A stretch of 42,629 bases of DNA from Nemertoderma westbladi (GCA_032718475.1 JAUCBJ010003956.1:1-42629), one strand, 5' to 3'. Numbered from the stretch's first letter, positions 22,150-34,950 are shown. Numbers and translations: made by a program. Notes: a model not told the origin generated them from the sequence alone.

Positions 22150-23662
22150 GTCGTCGTCGTCGTTACGATTTTGACATGCTAATAACTTTGTCGGATTTAA
22201 AGCTGCCAAGTTGAAAATTTGTAGGTATCAATATGAGCAAAAGTTGAGATTTTTCAGAGACTTTCAGACACCATCAGTGGCGATGGTCTCCCGCTAGAGT
22301 TGGCCGCATGTCTAAACATTAAATGCCCGCCCATTTCTTTGACTTTTACTCCGTTTAGGCTGGAACTGGGTCAGATATGTATTAGACCATTAGCTGTCGT
22401 CGTTCAAAGGCGGCGAATCCGTCTGTCAGTCGTCGTCGTCAGTCGTCGCCGCTCGTAGTGGCCAAAGGTCTGTCAGTCGAAATCGTCGTCGTCGTTACGA
22501 TTTTGACATGCTAATAACTTTGTCGGATTTAAAGCTGCCAAGTTGAAAATTTGTAGGTATCAATATGAGCAAAAGTTGAGATTTTTGAGAGACTTTCAGA
22601 CACCATCAGTGCAATGGTCTCCCGCTAGAGGGCCACATGTCTAAACATTAAATGCCCTCCCATTTCTTTGCTTTTAATCCGTTTAAGCGGAAACTTTGCA
22701 GATATGTATTAGACCATTAGCTGTGACTTTCAAAGGAGGCGAATCCATCTGCAGTTCTCCAGTCTGCCGCTAGAGGGCCAAAGGTCTGAAAGTGAAATCG
22801 TTGTCGTCGTTACGATTTTGACATGCTAATAACTTTGTCGGATTTAAAGCTGCCAAGTTGAAAATTTGTAGGTATCAATATGAGCTAAAGTTGAGATTTT
22901 TGAGAGACTTTCAGACACCATCAGTGCAATGGTCTCCCGCTAGAGGGCCACATGTCTAAACATTAAATGCCCTCCCATTTCTTTGCTTTTAATCCGTTTA
23001 AGCTGAAACTTGGCAGATATGTATTAGACCATTAGCTGTGACTTTCAAAGGAGGCGAATCCATCTGCAGTTCTCCAGTCTGCCGCTAGAGGGCCAAAGGT
23101 CTGAAAGTGAAATCGTTGTCGTCGTTATGATATTGACATGCTTATAACTTTGTCGAATTTAAAGCTGCCAAGTTGAAAATTTGTTTTGTTGAAAATCAGT
23201 TCTACAGTCACCCGCTATAGGACTACTTTATGCCTGAAAGTGAATAGATTCTCCCGTCTCATTGATTTTAATCAGTTTAAGCTGAATCTTGCCATATATT
23301 CTGGACCACATGCTGCGTCTTTGTGTGGGGGGGGGGGGGGGAGATTTAATCGGTCTGCCGCTATACGACGAAATTTCTGAAAGTGAGATCCGTCTCTCAT
23401 TTCGTTATCCGTTATTCAAGATGAAACTTGGCCGATGTACGTATGTACTATTCATCCATAGGCTGTGTCTTTGTGGGGCTGGAGACCCTAATCCATCTTC
23501 AGTTCTCACTATACCGCTAGAGTCAGAAATGTCTGAATAGAAATGAAAGAGGTAAAAAGTGATTAGGCGAAATCTGCTTAAAATTTGCTAATACAGTAAT
23601 ACTTTCGAATTAGTACTTCAATTAAATTTAAGTCACGTGCTGCGCGAAGGCCCCACTTCGTG
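22011..23662 (+). mobile_element. Helentron/DINE-1-like non-autonomous element with internal about 315-bp tandem repeats
   Basis: 5' GTGGGGCGAGCCACGAAGT and 3' GCCCCACTTCGTG form short subterminal inverted repeats. It contains a (GTC)n microsatellite and repeat units starting at 22161, 22493, 22808 and 23123. No TSD is seen. Confidence 0.68.
22093..22163. repeat. (GTC)n microsatellite
   Basis: About 23 triplets with occasional GTT. Confidence 0.97.
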
Positions 23663-23706
23663 TACTGCTGTACTGTCAGACTGTTGCAGTGTTGTAATAC
23701 ATAATC

Positions 23707-24560
23707 TATTTATTTATTTATTTAAGACACTCAGTTTAATTTTAAAGAGTAAAATATAAACAGGGGAACACCATCTAGGTACAAATACCTAATTAGAAGT
23801 TATAATTAGATATATAAAATTATACTTACAGGTGGATAAAATACACATTTAAGTAGAAGGGCAAAGGCAACAGATAGAGGGATAAACGCTAAAATACAAA
23901 CAACAACAATAAAACTACAAGAATGACGAACGAAATAAAACCAAGTAAACAGAGATTATATCATCAAGTAAAAAAAACATAATTTGTTTCGAAAGCCATT
24001 GATCCTTTTTATAAAAATGACAAAAATATTAAAATCTATTTGGTAGATTAAATATAAATAAAAACAAATAAAAAATATATGTGGTTAATTTAAAAATCTG
24101 TTAAAATGACAATATGGCAATAGATCAACATCTTTCAATTTATCAGTAAAAATATTTACATTTGCAGAATTGACAATTTCTTCGGGTAAGGAATTCCAAA
24201 TATCTACAGTTCTGTTTGAAAAAGAGTTTTTTACAATTTGTAGACGGCAAAACGATTTGAAAAGCTTACGGTTATGGCCTCTATTTCTAATATTGGTACT
24301 TAAAGTGAAAAAGTCATTAAAATTTAGATCAACATCATTATTAAAAATACTATACACCATTTTTAAATCATAAATATGCCTACGTACTTCTAGAGGTTGT
24401 ACTGTAGCTTAAGAAAATTAATTCTCTCCATGTAACTACGGCTGCCGAGGTTACGCTGAACCCGTTCAATTAAATCAATACTACCTAACGTAAATGGAGA
24501 GCAAACGGCAGTACAATATTCTAGTAATGGTCTGGCATATGACTTATACGCTGTACAAAT
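23707..24560 (-). mobile_element. CR1-clade LINE, 3' part (ORF2 C-terminus, 3' UTR, (TAAA)n tail)
   Basis: YKSYARPLLEYC, IERVQR, RGHNRKLFK...FSNRTVDIWNSLP, and a (TAAA)n tail near 23707-23722. Confidence 0.88.
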
Positions 24561-25075
24561 CGTGGGTAATCTGGTAAAACCCCTTAAGTCGATTTTTGGT
24601 CATTTTCAGGTTCTTGGTGATTCTGGTACCTTAGATTAATATCCACCTTCTGACAAAACCCCAGAAGTTAAAAGAGCGTTATTAACTGAGAAAAACGCAT
24701 TATAAGATCCCGTCTAAATATCGCTTGATCTGTTAAAACCCCCTAAGTAGGAAAAAACTATGTTTAAGCACCTTCAATATGGGATTTAATTTCTGATAAA
24801 ACCCCTTAAATTAGATATTAGGGGGTTTCTTATTAGTTAAATGTCAGAGGGACTTTTAATTATTCGTTCTGATAAAACCCCTTAAATGCCTGTTTGCCAC
24901 AATATGATAGGATAATTGGCCTTGAAACAATTAATGGAGTGAGTTTTGAAGTAGGTCTACGGGAATAGTATTAGAATGAATAGGTTGGCTACTCACAGTA
25001 TATTTAAATAGCTGGAAATTTGTTAAGCTTATTTTAACCTTTGGCGAAAATCTGGGAGTGGGGGGTTCCATTTAC

Positions 25076-25305
25076 ACTACTACTACTACATAGGATCGGC
25101 ACGCTGCATTGCAGGTGCTTTTTTAGGAATGCTGTGCCGGCTTGTCCACAAAATTGCGCCACCACAACTCCCTATCACCCATGCATGACATTTGCTAGAT
25201 CATCCGCATCTTCAAGGCCAGTGTCCTTTGGGATGCGTCCCAAGAAAGTCATGGGCTGACCGCCATTCTTATTCACTCCATGAGAATGCCAACGAACAAG
25301 ATTAT
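25076..25305 (-). mobile_element. RTE LINE 3' fragment
   Basis: Reverse-complement match to the 3' end of the 32468-33492 copy, including the (TAG)n tail. Confidence 0.88.
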
Positions 25306-25364
25306 TTACAAGTCTACTGGTCCATTTACAAGTTACTTTATAGAACTGTAGAAATCCTCTAGTA

Positions 25365-25808
25365 TTGAGTGTAGCTGAAGATGTTCAACCAATAATGAGT
25401 GTAGCTGAAGATGTTCAACCAGTAGTGAGTGCAGCTGAAGATGTTTAACGAGTACTGAGTGTAACTGGAGATGTTTAACTGGTAGTGAGTGTAACTGGAG
25501 ATGTTCAGTTCAACTGGTAGTGAGTGTAGCTGGAGATGTTCAACCGGTAGTGAGTGTAGCTGACGATGTTCAACCAGTACTGAGTGTAACTGGAGATGTT
25601 CAACTGGTAGAGAGAGTAACTGGAGATGTTCAACCGGTAGTGAGTATAGCTGAAGATGTTCAACCAGTACTGAGTGTAACTGGAGATGTTCAACTGGTAG
25701 TGAGTGTAGCTGGAGATGTTCAACCGGTAGTGAGTATAGCTGGAGATGTTCAACCGGTAGTGAGTGTAACTGACGATGTTCAATCTGTTGTGAGTGTAGC
25801 TGGAGATG
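25365..25808. repeat. 30-bp tandem repeat (GAGTGTAGCTGGAGATGTTCAACCGGTAGT), resuming at about 27150-27200
   Basis: About 15 units reading VQPVVSVAGD; the array is split by an RTE insertion. Confidence 0.93.
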
Positions 25809-25829
25809 ATTTGGGTTCCGTATAAAGGT

Positions 25830-27055
25830 CGTGGGACCATGTAGTCCATTTTTTCAATTAGAAGGATAATTGAAGAGTTATCAAAAAAGAAAGACAGACA
25901 TCTGGCTGTTATCTTTGTTGACTTCTTCAAGGCCTTTGATTCAGTCTCTCGCTCACGTATGTTCAGCATACTTTCATTATATGGGATTCCTGATGGAATT
26001 ATTGCAGCAATCAGATTAGTAAGATGGTTCAAAGACATTTGTACTATTTTTGCTATTGCTACTACTGTTAACGGTGACACAGAACCATTCGAAATGTTAC
26101 GGGGAGTCCTCCAGGGTGACACACTTGCGCCATTCTTGTTCATAATTCTGGTTGACTATGTTCTACTAATTAATGTCCTTAGATCATCATAATGATGATG
26201 GGGTGATGGTAACTCCACCTACTGGCTCCAGAAGTCGAGGAAATCCTGCCAAGTACCTAACTGATCTAGACTTTGCTGATGACTTTGGAGTACTCTCATA
26301 ATCACTAGCTAGACGAACGAACAGCTCCTCAGCTCATTCGAACAGGCTGCTTCAAGTGTTGGTCTTTTAGTTAACTCCAAGAAGGCCAAAATTTTAACAG
26401 TTAATTTGGAAAGTCCTCAGGAAAAATCTGATCGTTTGTAAATATGCTTGTGCATGTGGACGACTTCTGTTACTTGGGATCATGGATCCGGAAGTCAGGT
26501 GAGGACCTTCGAATACGTAAGGGAAAGGCATGGGCAGCCTTGAATAGGCTTTCCAGGATTTGGAAGTCACAGAGAATTAATCGGAATCTTAAGGTCCGAT
26601 TGTTTAGAGCAGCAATAGTCCCAGTACTCCTCTATGGGAGTCCATGCTGGCTCTAAATGATGAGGAAACGAAATCTCTGGATTGTACATTTACAAGAAGG
26701 CTACGTCGGGGTCACTGTGTCAAGTTCAATGCTCACACATCTCCAACCAGACATTATATAACATTGGATGTGTCTCATTAGTTCCCTCAAGTTTGACACT
26801 TGAACAAAGCCGCCTCCGCTTTGCAGGAGATTGTTTTCGCAGTGAGGACCAGTCTGTGCCGTGCACAATCTTGGGCTTTGGCAGCTCCATGGAGAAAATA
26901 AGCATGGTGGATAGCCCATGACTTTTGTGAGATGCCTCTTAAAGGACACTGGTTTTGTAGATGCGAATAGTCTCGCGAAAGTCATGGGGGATAGAGAGAT
27001 GTGGCGGTGAATCTTTGTTGATAAGCCGGCATAGCATTCTTAATGCACCCTGCAT
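25830..27055 (+). mobile_element. Degraded RTE LINE reverse transcriptase copy
   Basis: IFVDFFKAFDSVSR, YGIP, GVLQGDTLAPFLFII, DLDFADD and VDDFCYLGSWI, with stops and frameshifts. Confidence 0.92.
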
Positions 27056-27539
27056 TGGGCTTATCAATTGTGGATTGCATGATGGTAGCAAAATATTTTT
27101 GTTAAGCCAGCATCTCAATGATACAGTTTCAAAGCAGCAGGCCGATTATAGAGTTTAGCTGGAGATGTTCAATCAGTAGTGCGTGTAGCTGAAGATGTTC
27201 ATGACATCGATGACGAAGATGAGCAATGACGAATCAAGATTTATCTGTTTTAGAAGTTTACAATAACAATATCAGAGATGATGATGGAACAGGACTTCAG
27301 CCGGTAATTGTAGAAAGTGTTGAGACAATAATAATTGAGAAGGGATTGTTTTATCTCTTAGGCCTACGGATTCTCAGAGCATCAATCTTGAGTATGGTAC
27401 TCTACCGGATTCTATGTCAATCAATATGCGGGGTAAATGACGTGCAATCAATGCTAACGGAAGATGGTGATCATGAATTAGATTCCAACAGCAGGTGTGG
27501 CAAGATGACCACAATCCAGACAGCGCAAACAGTTATAAA

Positions 27540-28078
27540 AATAGGGAGTCTGGGCTGTCCCGTGGAATAAAACGGAATCTAAAGGTTCGATTCTCTTTAG
27601 AGCAGCAGTATTCGTATATGGGAGTCTATGCTGGCTTCTAACTGCAGAGGATACCAAATATCTGGATGGCACTTTCACTACAATGATGCCCCGGGTTCAT
27701 TGTGTCAAGTACAATGAACACATCTCCAATCAGACTCTATACAAAATTGGAGGAAACATCCATTAGTCTTCCTTAGCTTGACACTTGACCTGAACCGCCT
27801 CCGCTTTGCAGGACATTGCTTTCGCCGTGAGGACCAGCCAGTGCATAATATTGTGCTTTGGCGAATAAATAATCATGGTGTCAGCCCATGCCTTTCTTGG
27901 GACGCCTGTTAAAGGCGTATCTAAACACTGGCCTTGAAGATGCGGATGATCTAGCAAATGTCATGGGTGGTAGGAGATGTGACAGTGCAATTTTGTTGAC
28001 AAGCCGGCACAGCATTATTAATAAATGTAATACATAATAATGCAGTTGCAATGCAGCATACTGATAGTAGAAGTAGTA
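27540..28078 (+). mobile_element. Degraded RTE LINE 3' fragment
   Basis: Colinear with 32980-33492 and ends in a TAG-like tail. Confidence 0.85.
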
Positions 28079-28459
28079 ATTATAAAAATAATGGTAATAT
28101 TACAGTGTTTCTAATATAAGAGCTTTGCTTTATTGGACCCTTACACCCACTAATAAGTCATTTAATGGGCCAGACTGTATCTGATAAAACCCCACATGCT
28201 AAAGATAACCCCCCTTAATTGTATGTTCTAACCTAACTATTGGGTTTCACAATCTGGCAAAACAACAGATATCAATTTAAATGGTCTAAAATGCGATCTA
28301 CCTCTAAAAATATGTGCCCAAACAAATTATACGCTATTTTAGATTATATTTAGTCAAAAATTAGATCGCATTACTCAAGATTTCTTAAAATATTCAGTTT
28401 TTTTCGTTTTTCTCAAAACTACAAAAATCGACTTAGAGGGTTTTGTCGAATTACCGACG

Positions 28460-29745
28460 AAATGGCTTTCAGGTTACCGGTATAAAAACACTTCAATAAA
28501 ATATTCACTACTCTATACGCCTTCTTTACTTGTTCACGGTAGTGAAGATCAAATTTCAAATCGTGATTCACAATTACACCAAGATCTCTACAAAAGTCAT
28601 CATTATTTATAAGGTTACGGTTACCATTAAGAAAGTATTGCACAGGTGACACCTTTATACAAGTTGTAGATAAATGAACTACTGAACATTTGTGTGCAGC
28701 TATCTTGACCTGCCACTCATTTGCCCAAGTCTCTAGTGATTTGAGAGCTTCTGCCTGATGATTTGCTGTACAACTTGAGATCGTCAGCGAATAAATTACA
28801 ACAGGTGCCGGTACCTATAATATCAGGTAAATCATTAACATAGAGTAAAAATAATAATGGCCCTAAAACGCTTCCTTGAATTGTACCTGATATAACTTTG
28901 CTTACGACAGAAATAGTATTACCAACCAAGACTTGTTGGGTACGATTACATAGAAAAGCACCAATCCACAATAACAAGTGACCCGAGATACCGTAGCTAA
29001 CAAGTTTAGCCAAAAGTTTACAGTGAACGACAGAATCAAACCCCTTGGCGAAATCTATGTATATAACGTCTATAGAGCTGCGACTGTCGAGCAGCTTAAA
29101 CCATTTAATAGTACTGTCAAGCAATTGAGTACAAGTACTGCGACGTTTCATAAATCCATGTTGCGACTTACTAATAATATTATGCAACCTTAAGTACAAT
29201 AATACATCATTTTTGATACATAACCCATTATTTTACATGTTACACATGTAAGCGAAATGGGGCGGTAGTTATAGGGATTAGTGTGGCTGCCCTTCTTAAA
29301 GAGGGGGATAATGTTAGCAGTGAGCCATATAGAGGGTAAAGCGTGAGATTCAAATGATACTTTAAATAAAATAGACAATGGAACAGATAAACATTTAGGT
29401 AGTTTCGCAAAAATAAAACTGGGAAAACCATCTGGAGTTTTTCCATATTTAGCCTTAATATTCTTAAGTACAGAATAAACAGCACCAGGGGAAAAATCTA
29501 CACAGTGGAAATGTGTACACCATTAGCTACTCTACGGTTAAAAATAGGCATTGATTCATTATCCTTTGTAAAATTCTCAGAAAAAACTTCAGAAAATATA
29601 TGTGCTTTAGGCTTTAGTAGTGTCATCAATTATTACTTTGCCATTCATTTTAAACGCAGATATACCCGATCTGACTTTACGTTTGCTATAACATAATTAA
29701 AAATAGCGTTAGGCTTGCCAGATGTTAATATTTTGTTTTCACGTG
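28460..29745 (-). mobile_element. CR1-clade LINE, RT-containing part (5'-truncated, frameshifted)
   Basis: NYRPISLTCVTCKIM, SQHGF...STCTQLL, IDVIYIDFAKGFDSV, QGSVLGPLLFLLYVNDLP, FADDLKLY and RDLGVIV..DLKF. Confidence 0.93.
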
Positions 29746-30299
29746 CTCAAGCCACTCTAAAGATCTATTACATACTACAGTACTAGAAAGCCAGCAAGTC
29801 GGCTTTAGACGATCCTGCCCCTCAAATCATTACCCTGACGCCTCACTCCTGAGTGGACGAAAATGAAAACACTAATAATTGCCATCAACTCAACGATAAA
29901 AACACCAGCTGCTCATGAGGTCCTAGTAAGCTACTACTATTTATTGAATGGATAGGCCCAAACTGCAGAGAAGTAGGCCTATATTACTTGCTAAATTTAT
30001 TACTCTCTCACTCTAACCCAGACAGTAATCAAACATCAACTGTAAGTTTGTATAATGTATTACCCCACCAGATGAATAGCTCTTCCCAGTGAATCCTATG
30101 ACAATATCTATAAGGTTACTACTCACTGCTATGTTAGGTGGGAGGCCAGGCAGCCAGGTGATTGAATTGTAAGCACTGGGCCGTTTAAATGGTTTATATG
30201 TTAATGATAATGCATGATGGTTGAGGGACCCAACTAACACTACGTTTGTCTATGGACGCTCTCCTTATAGCCAGCTGGCTTGCTTTTCTAGTTGAATCA

Positions 30300-30712
30300 T
30301 ATTATTCTGCAACCAATAATCTACTCTTTTAGACGAATTTGTGAGTTTTTTTTGCCGGACTAACAAATTTTGGCGACGTTCTGTGCGAGGTTGGCGATAT
30401 TTGAAAATACTCTGAGGCTCAAATATGTTGCTCAAGTGACTGAATAGCCCAAATAAAAAAGTTGTGCATAATCGACGAGTTGAAATCGGTTAAATTCGAC
30501 ATTAAATTTTCAAAACTGCTATTTTTCAGTGACCCCGTGATCGAAACGCCAGAAAAAATCTACAGTCTTGTGCGCAACCAAAATTTATGTAGAGTCTGCT
30601 GTTATTAAAATTTTTTGCGTACCTGGGGGAGTTTTTGAGATATTGGATGGTTACACACATACACAACCACATCGTGTTTTTGAACTACCCTGGCCTATTA
30701 ATAGGCAGGTTC
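30300..30712 (+). mobile_element. Possible Helentron/DINE-like remnant
   Basis: GTTTTTGAGATAT followed by a short (CA)-like tract and a terminal hairpin GCCTATTAATAGGC; boundaries are uncertain. Confidence 0.35.
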
Positions 30713-31077
30713 GTTACTATTGTCTGACCATAACATTTAAACATTTAAAACAAGGACTACTATAATTATAGTAGTAGTAATTACAGTACAATTTAATGAT
30801 TACTACTGTAGATGTGCAGAAAATAATAACATCTGTATTTGAATTGTTTTCATAAAAAACTGAAGGGTAACCTTTTACACCAGATATATTTTTCAAACAC
30901 AATATTTTATGTTCGACAGTTCGAGGATGTCCACTGTTTTTATAATGGGTACATTAACTGCTTTGGGTGAAATTGGGTAAGAAAACTGTTATGTACATAC
31001 ATGGCTTCTACATTGTATAATGTGCATGGTCTACCAATGCATACAGTAAGCATCAAGATAAAGGTAGTACCAAAGAG

Positions 31078-31357
31078 TGCTTTGCGTCAAGTACAACGAA
31101 AATATCTCCAATCAGACTCAATACAACATTGGAGGTGTTCCATTAGTCTTCCCTAGCTTAACACTTGAACGAAACCGCCTCCGCTTTCCAGGACATTGCT
31201 TTCGCCGTGACGACCAGCCAGTTCATAATCTTGTGCTATGCCGGCCTCATAGAGTGTATAACCATGGTGGACAGCCCATGACTTTCTTGAGACGCGTCTT
31301 AAAGGACACTGGCCTTGAAGATGCAGATGATCTAAGTGGAGGCGCAATTTTGTCGAC
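31078..31357 (+). mobile_element. RTE LINE 3' fragment
   Basis: CVKYNENISNQTQYNIGG...RLRF.GHCFRR; interrupted at its 3' end by an antisense copy. Confidence 0.9.
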
Positions 31358-31821
31358 TACTACTACTACTACTACTAGGATCGGCATGCTGCATTGCAGC
31401 TGCATTTTTAAGAATGCTGTGCCGGCTTGTCAACAAAATTGCACCGCCACAACTCCCTATCACCCATGACAATTGCTAGATCATCCGCATCTTTAAGGCC
31501 AGTGTCCTTTAAGATGCGTCTCAAGAAAGTCATGGGCTGTCCACCATGCTTATTCACTCCATGAGGCTGCCAAAGTACAAGATTATGCACTGGCTGATCC
31601 TCACGGCGAAAGCAATGTCCTGCAAAGCGGAGGCGATTTTGTTCTAGTGTCAAGCTTGGGGGAACCAATGAGACACCTCCAATGTTATATAGTGTCTGGT
31701 TGGAGATGTGTGCATTGTACTTGTACTTGACACAATGAACCCGGCGTAGCATTCTTGTGAATGTGCCATCCAGAGATTTGGTGTCCTCAGCAGTTAGAGC
31801 CCAGCATGGACTCCCGTAGAG
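31358..31821 (-). mobile_element. Young RTE LINE 3' fragment with (TAG)n tail
   Basis: Protein nearly identical to the C-terminus of ORF 32498-33451; carries a 6-bp duplication (KYKY). Confidence 0.95.
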
Positions 31822-32467
31822 AAGAATGTTGGTATGAAGCTAGACAAAAAGCTGCACTTGTTAATACAATGATATGTAACTTTGGGATCAAGAATGGAGT
31901 ATCAGGAAAATGTACCATGGATTTGATAAGTCGCAGCGGAAAATAATGCAACCCTAATGTGTTCGCCTCTGACACTCAAAGCTCTAATTGTATTTATGGG
32001 TGCAACCTCTGTGATTCTTGAATACAGTACATTCGCTCACACCTGCATATACCCAGACTATGAAAACCAGACTATCAACAATGAAATCGAGAAGTTGGAT
32101 GTTTATAATCTGAGTATATCTACAGGAATTATTGAGTGTGGGATCATACGCAAACAATTCAGTTATCCACAATATATTCAACTGCAATTCTTTCTCTATG
32201 GAGCTTTGAAACTAGCTCTCATCAAATCGCCCGCGTAGAATAAGTGATTAATCCTTACACTATCAATAACACAGTCAACTCCAGTATTATGTGCCTGGGA
32301 AATTCTAAAGTGCCTTTTGGGAACTACAGTATTAGTGTGATTTAGCCACATACAGAATCAGCAGTCAGATGTATAAGCCTGGCCTACTGGCTCACCATTA
32401 CATGTATGTAGCGATGTACATAGTACAGTAGGTGTAGGCATAGCATTTACAGTAGTGATTCAATGTT

Positions 32468-33492
32468 ACTGTTGACGGTGACACAGAACCATTTGAAGTG
32501 TTATGGGGCGTCCTCCAAGGAGACACACTTGCACCATTCTTGTTCATTATTGTGGTTGACTATGTTCTACGCATGTCCTTAGATCATCATAATGATGATG
32601 GGGTGATGATAACTCCACCTACTGGCTCCAGAAGTCGAGGAAATCCTGCCAAGTACCTAACTGATCTAGACTTTGCTGATGACTTAGGAGTACTCTCAGA
32701 ATCATTAGAGGGAGCCCAGCGGCTCCTCAGCTCATTAGAACATGCTGCTTCTAGTGTTGGTCTTTTTATTAACTCCAGAAAGACCAAAATTCAGACAGTT
32801 AACTTTGAAAGTCCTCAGCAAGTCTCTGATCGGATGAGCATAAGCTCAAAGGATGGTATGCTTGAGCATGTGGACGACTTCTGTTACCTGGGATCATGGA
32901 TCCGGAAGTCAGGTGTGGACCTTCGAATACGTAAGGGAAAGGCATGGGCAGCCTTGAATAGGCTTTCCAGGATTTGGAAGTCACCTAGAATTAATCGGAA
33001 ACTTAAGGTCCGATTATTTAGAGCAGCAGTAGTTCCAGTACTCCTCTACGGGAGTCCATGCTGGGCTCTAACTGCTGAGGACACCAAATCTCTGGATGGC
33101 ACATTCACAAGAATGCTACGCCGGGTACATTGTGTCAAGTACAATGCACACATCTCCAACCAGACACTATATAACATTGGAGGTGTCTCATTGGTTCCCC
33201 CAAGCTTGACACTAGAACAAAATCGCCTCCGCTTTGCAGGACATTGCTTTCGCCGTGAGGACCAGCCAGTGCATAATCTTGTACTTTGGCAGCCTCATGG
33301 AGTGAATAAGCATGGTGGACAGCCCATGACTTTCTTGAGACGCATCTTAAAGGACACTGGCCTTAAAGATGCGGATGATCTAGCAAATGTCATGGGTGAT
33401 AGGGAGTTGTGGCGGTGCAATTTTGTTGACAAGCCGGCACAGCATTCTTAAAAATGCAGCTGCAATGCAGCATGCCGATCCTAGTAGTAGTA
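32468..33492 (+). mobile_element. 5'-truncated RTE-clade LINE; RT C-half ORF open to the stop at 33451
   Basis: GVLQGDTLAPFLF, LTDLDFADDL, FCYLGS, LKVRLFRAAVVPVLLYGS and RLRFAGHCFR, then a very short 3' UTR and (TAG)n tail. Confidence 0.95.
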
Positions 33493-33495
33493 CCA

Positions 33496-33610
33496 GGCCG
33501 TCTTTAACTGTGGTTAGAGCGTCTGATTTCCAACCCGGAGGTCACAAGTTAGATCCCATCTCGACGTCATCGCCGAATTTGCAAAGCTGTGCCCAACAAA
33601 AGTTATAATA
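33496..33610 (+). mobile_element. Degraded tRNA-derived SINE head
   Basis: GGCCG...TAACTGTGGTTAGAGCGTCTG (A-box-like) and GTTAGATCCC (B-box-like) at tRNA spacing. Confidence 0.5.
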
Positions 33611-34409
33611 ATATGAAACCACTCAAGAACCCATAACACCAATAATACATTATAAAAATGTTAAGAGGGTGATTCGAGAAGAAATTATACCAACGATGCA
33701 GTGTTTATTGATTCTTTAAAGCTAATGTTAAAACAAACCATTTAAAGATGTGAACTGTGAGCCCATGGTAATTGACAGATCTTAAACCTGATTCTAATCT
33801 GTTTACTATATACAATGCCAAGAAAATGTATTTCCTTTTACATGACAGAAAGAGACTAAGAATCTTTTGATAGTCTCAAAGAGTAATAGAGTCATCGAAC
33901 AAATAGAAAACTGACAACAGAATAGGCCCATCCATGGCCATGGTCCATCAAATAGTAATTTGTCCACTTGCCGAAAATTGGAGAGACGTGACATGTTTTT
34001 TAACTCCTTGTGGTCGCTACAAATTCCTTAGAAGTCCAATGGGCTTCATATGAACAATACTTATAATCAAGATACATAAAATTGAATTGAAAATTAAATT
34101 AAAATTGAATCAACATGTGACCATTATTGTCACCAGCGAGATTCAGCAATAATTGATGGTATCTCCAGAGTAAATAAGGTATATTTACAGGGTAAAACAG
34201 TTCTCAATCAAAGTAATTTCTAATTACTACTATCAGCTGAGAGAAATTAAAATTTGCAAAATAAAAGTTAAATTTGTGGGTTTTGAACAAAGAAAGGGCA
34301 CATTTGAAGCAGACCATATGAAACTGAGAGTAGTTAGTGAATTTCACCCTCTCAAACTCGCAAAGCCCTTCTCCATTCATTAATGGGGATGGCGCTGCAG
34401 ATAGTTTCA

Positions 34410-34950
34410 TTTACATCAAAGCTTAGTGAGGCTTCAGCTCCACTGCATAATAATCTAAAAACAAAGAACGAGTTCGCTTGGACTAAGTACCACAATGATG
34501 CCTTTTAGCAAGTTAAACGTATACTGTTGACCCCACATGTGCTGGTCGTTTTACGCCATGTAAGATCTTATCCTTAAGAGATGGCTTAAAGTGAATGCAT
34601 CCCGCAAAAATGTTTTGGACTTTAGCCTTCTACAGAAGCATGGATATACAGTATATATAAACTTGTAGACTATGGGTCACATTTCTTGTCAGATCCAGAA
34701 GCCCATCGGCTAATGATAGAGCTGTAAAGCTCCGGATCTACCTGTCAGGTATAGAATTCAATGTTGTCACAGACCACCCCACCATCCTCTCATTCCTATT
34801 TACAATAGTCAATTTCTTAATGATATAGAGCATGCCAAAGTAGAAAGACACCATATGGCACTGTAAGATTTTATATTCCAGTTAACATGGCAAAATTGTT
34901 AGGAAAATTGCATTGTTGACTGTTTGCTGTGTTCACCTAAAGAAGACCCC
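34410..34950 (+). mobile_element. Degenerate Ty3/Gypsy pol remnant (connection and RNase H); probably extends to about 33700 and 35700
   Basis: Manual translation gives APLHNNLKTKNEFAWTKYHNDAF*QVKRILLTPHVL, ASRKN...LLQKH, GSHFLSDPE, YLSGIEFNVVTDH and PLIPIYNS. Confidence 0.8.

Larger units (their letters stand above)
24561..28459. mobile_element. Sola1-like non-autonomous DNA transposon with nested RTE copies
   Basis: 38-bp imperfect TIRs (CGTGGGTAATCTGGTAAAACCCCTTAAGTCGATTTTTG vs CGTCGGTAATTCGACAAAACCCTCTAAGTCGATTTTTG) and a 4-bp TSD AAAT (AWWT type). Subterminal TCTGAYAAAACCCC motifs recur. Confidence 0.85.

Noticed and set aside
25505-26143. 212-aa minus-strand ORF with SSYTHYRLNI repeats
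   Set aside because: It is an antisense read through an RTE fragment and the 30-bp array.
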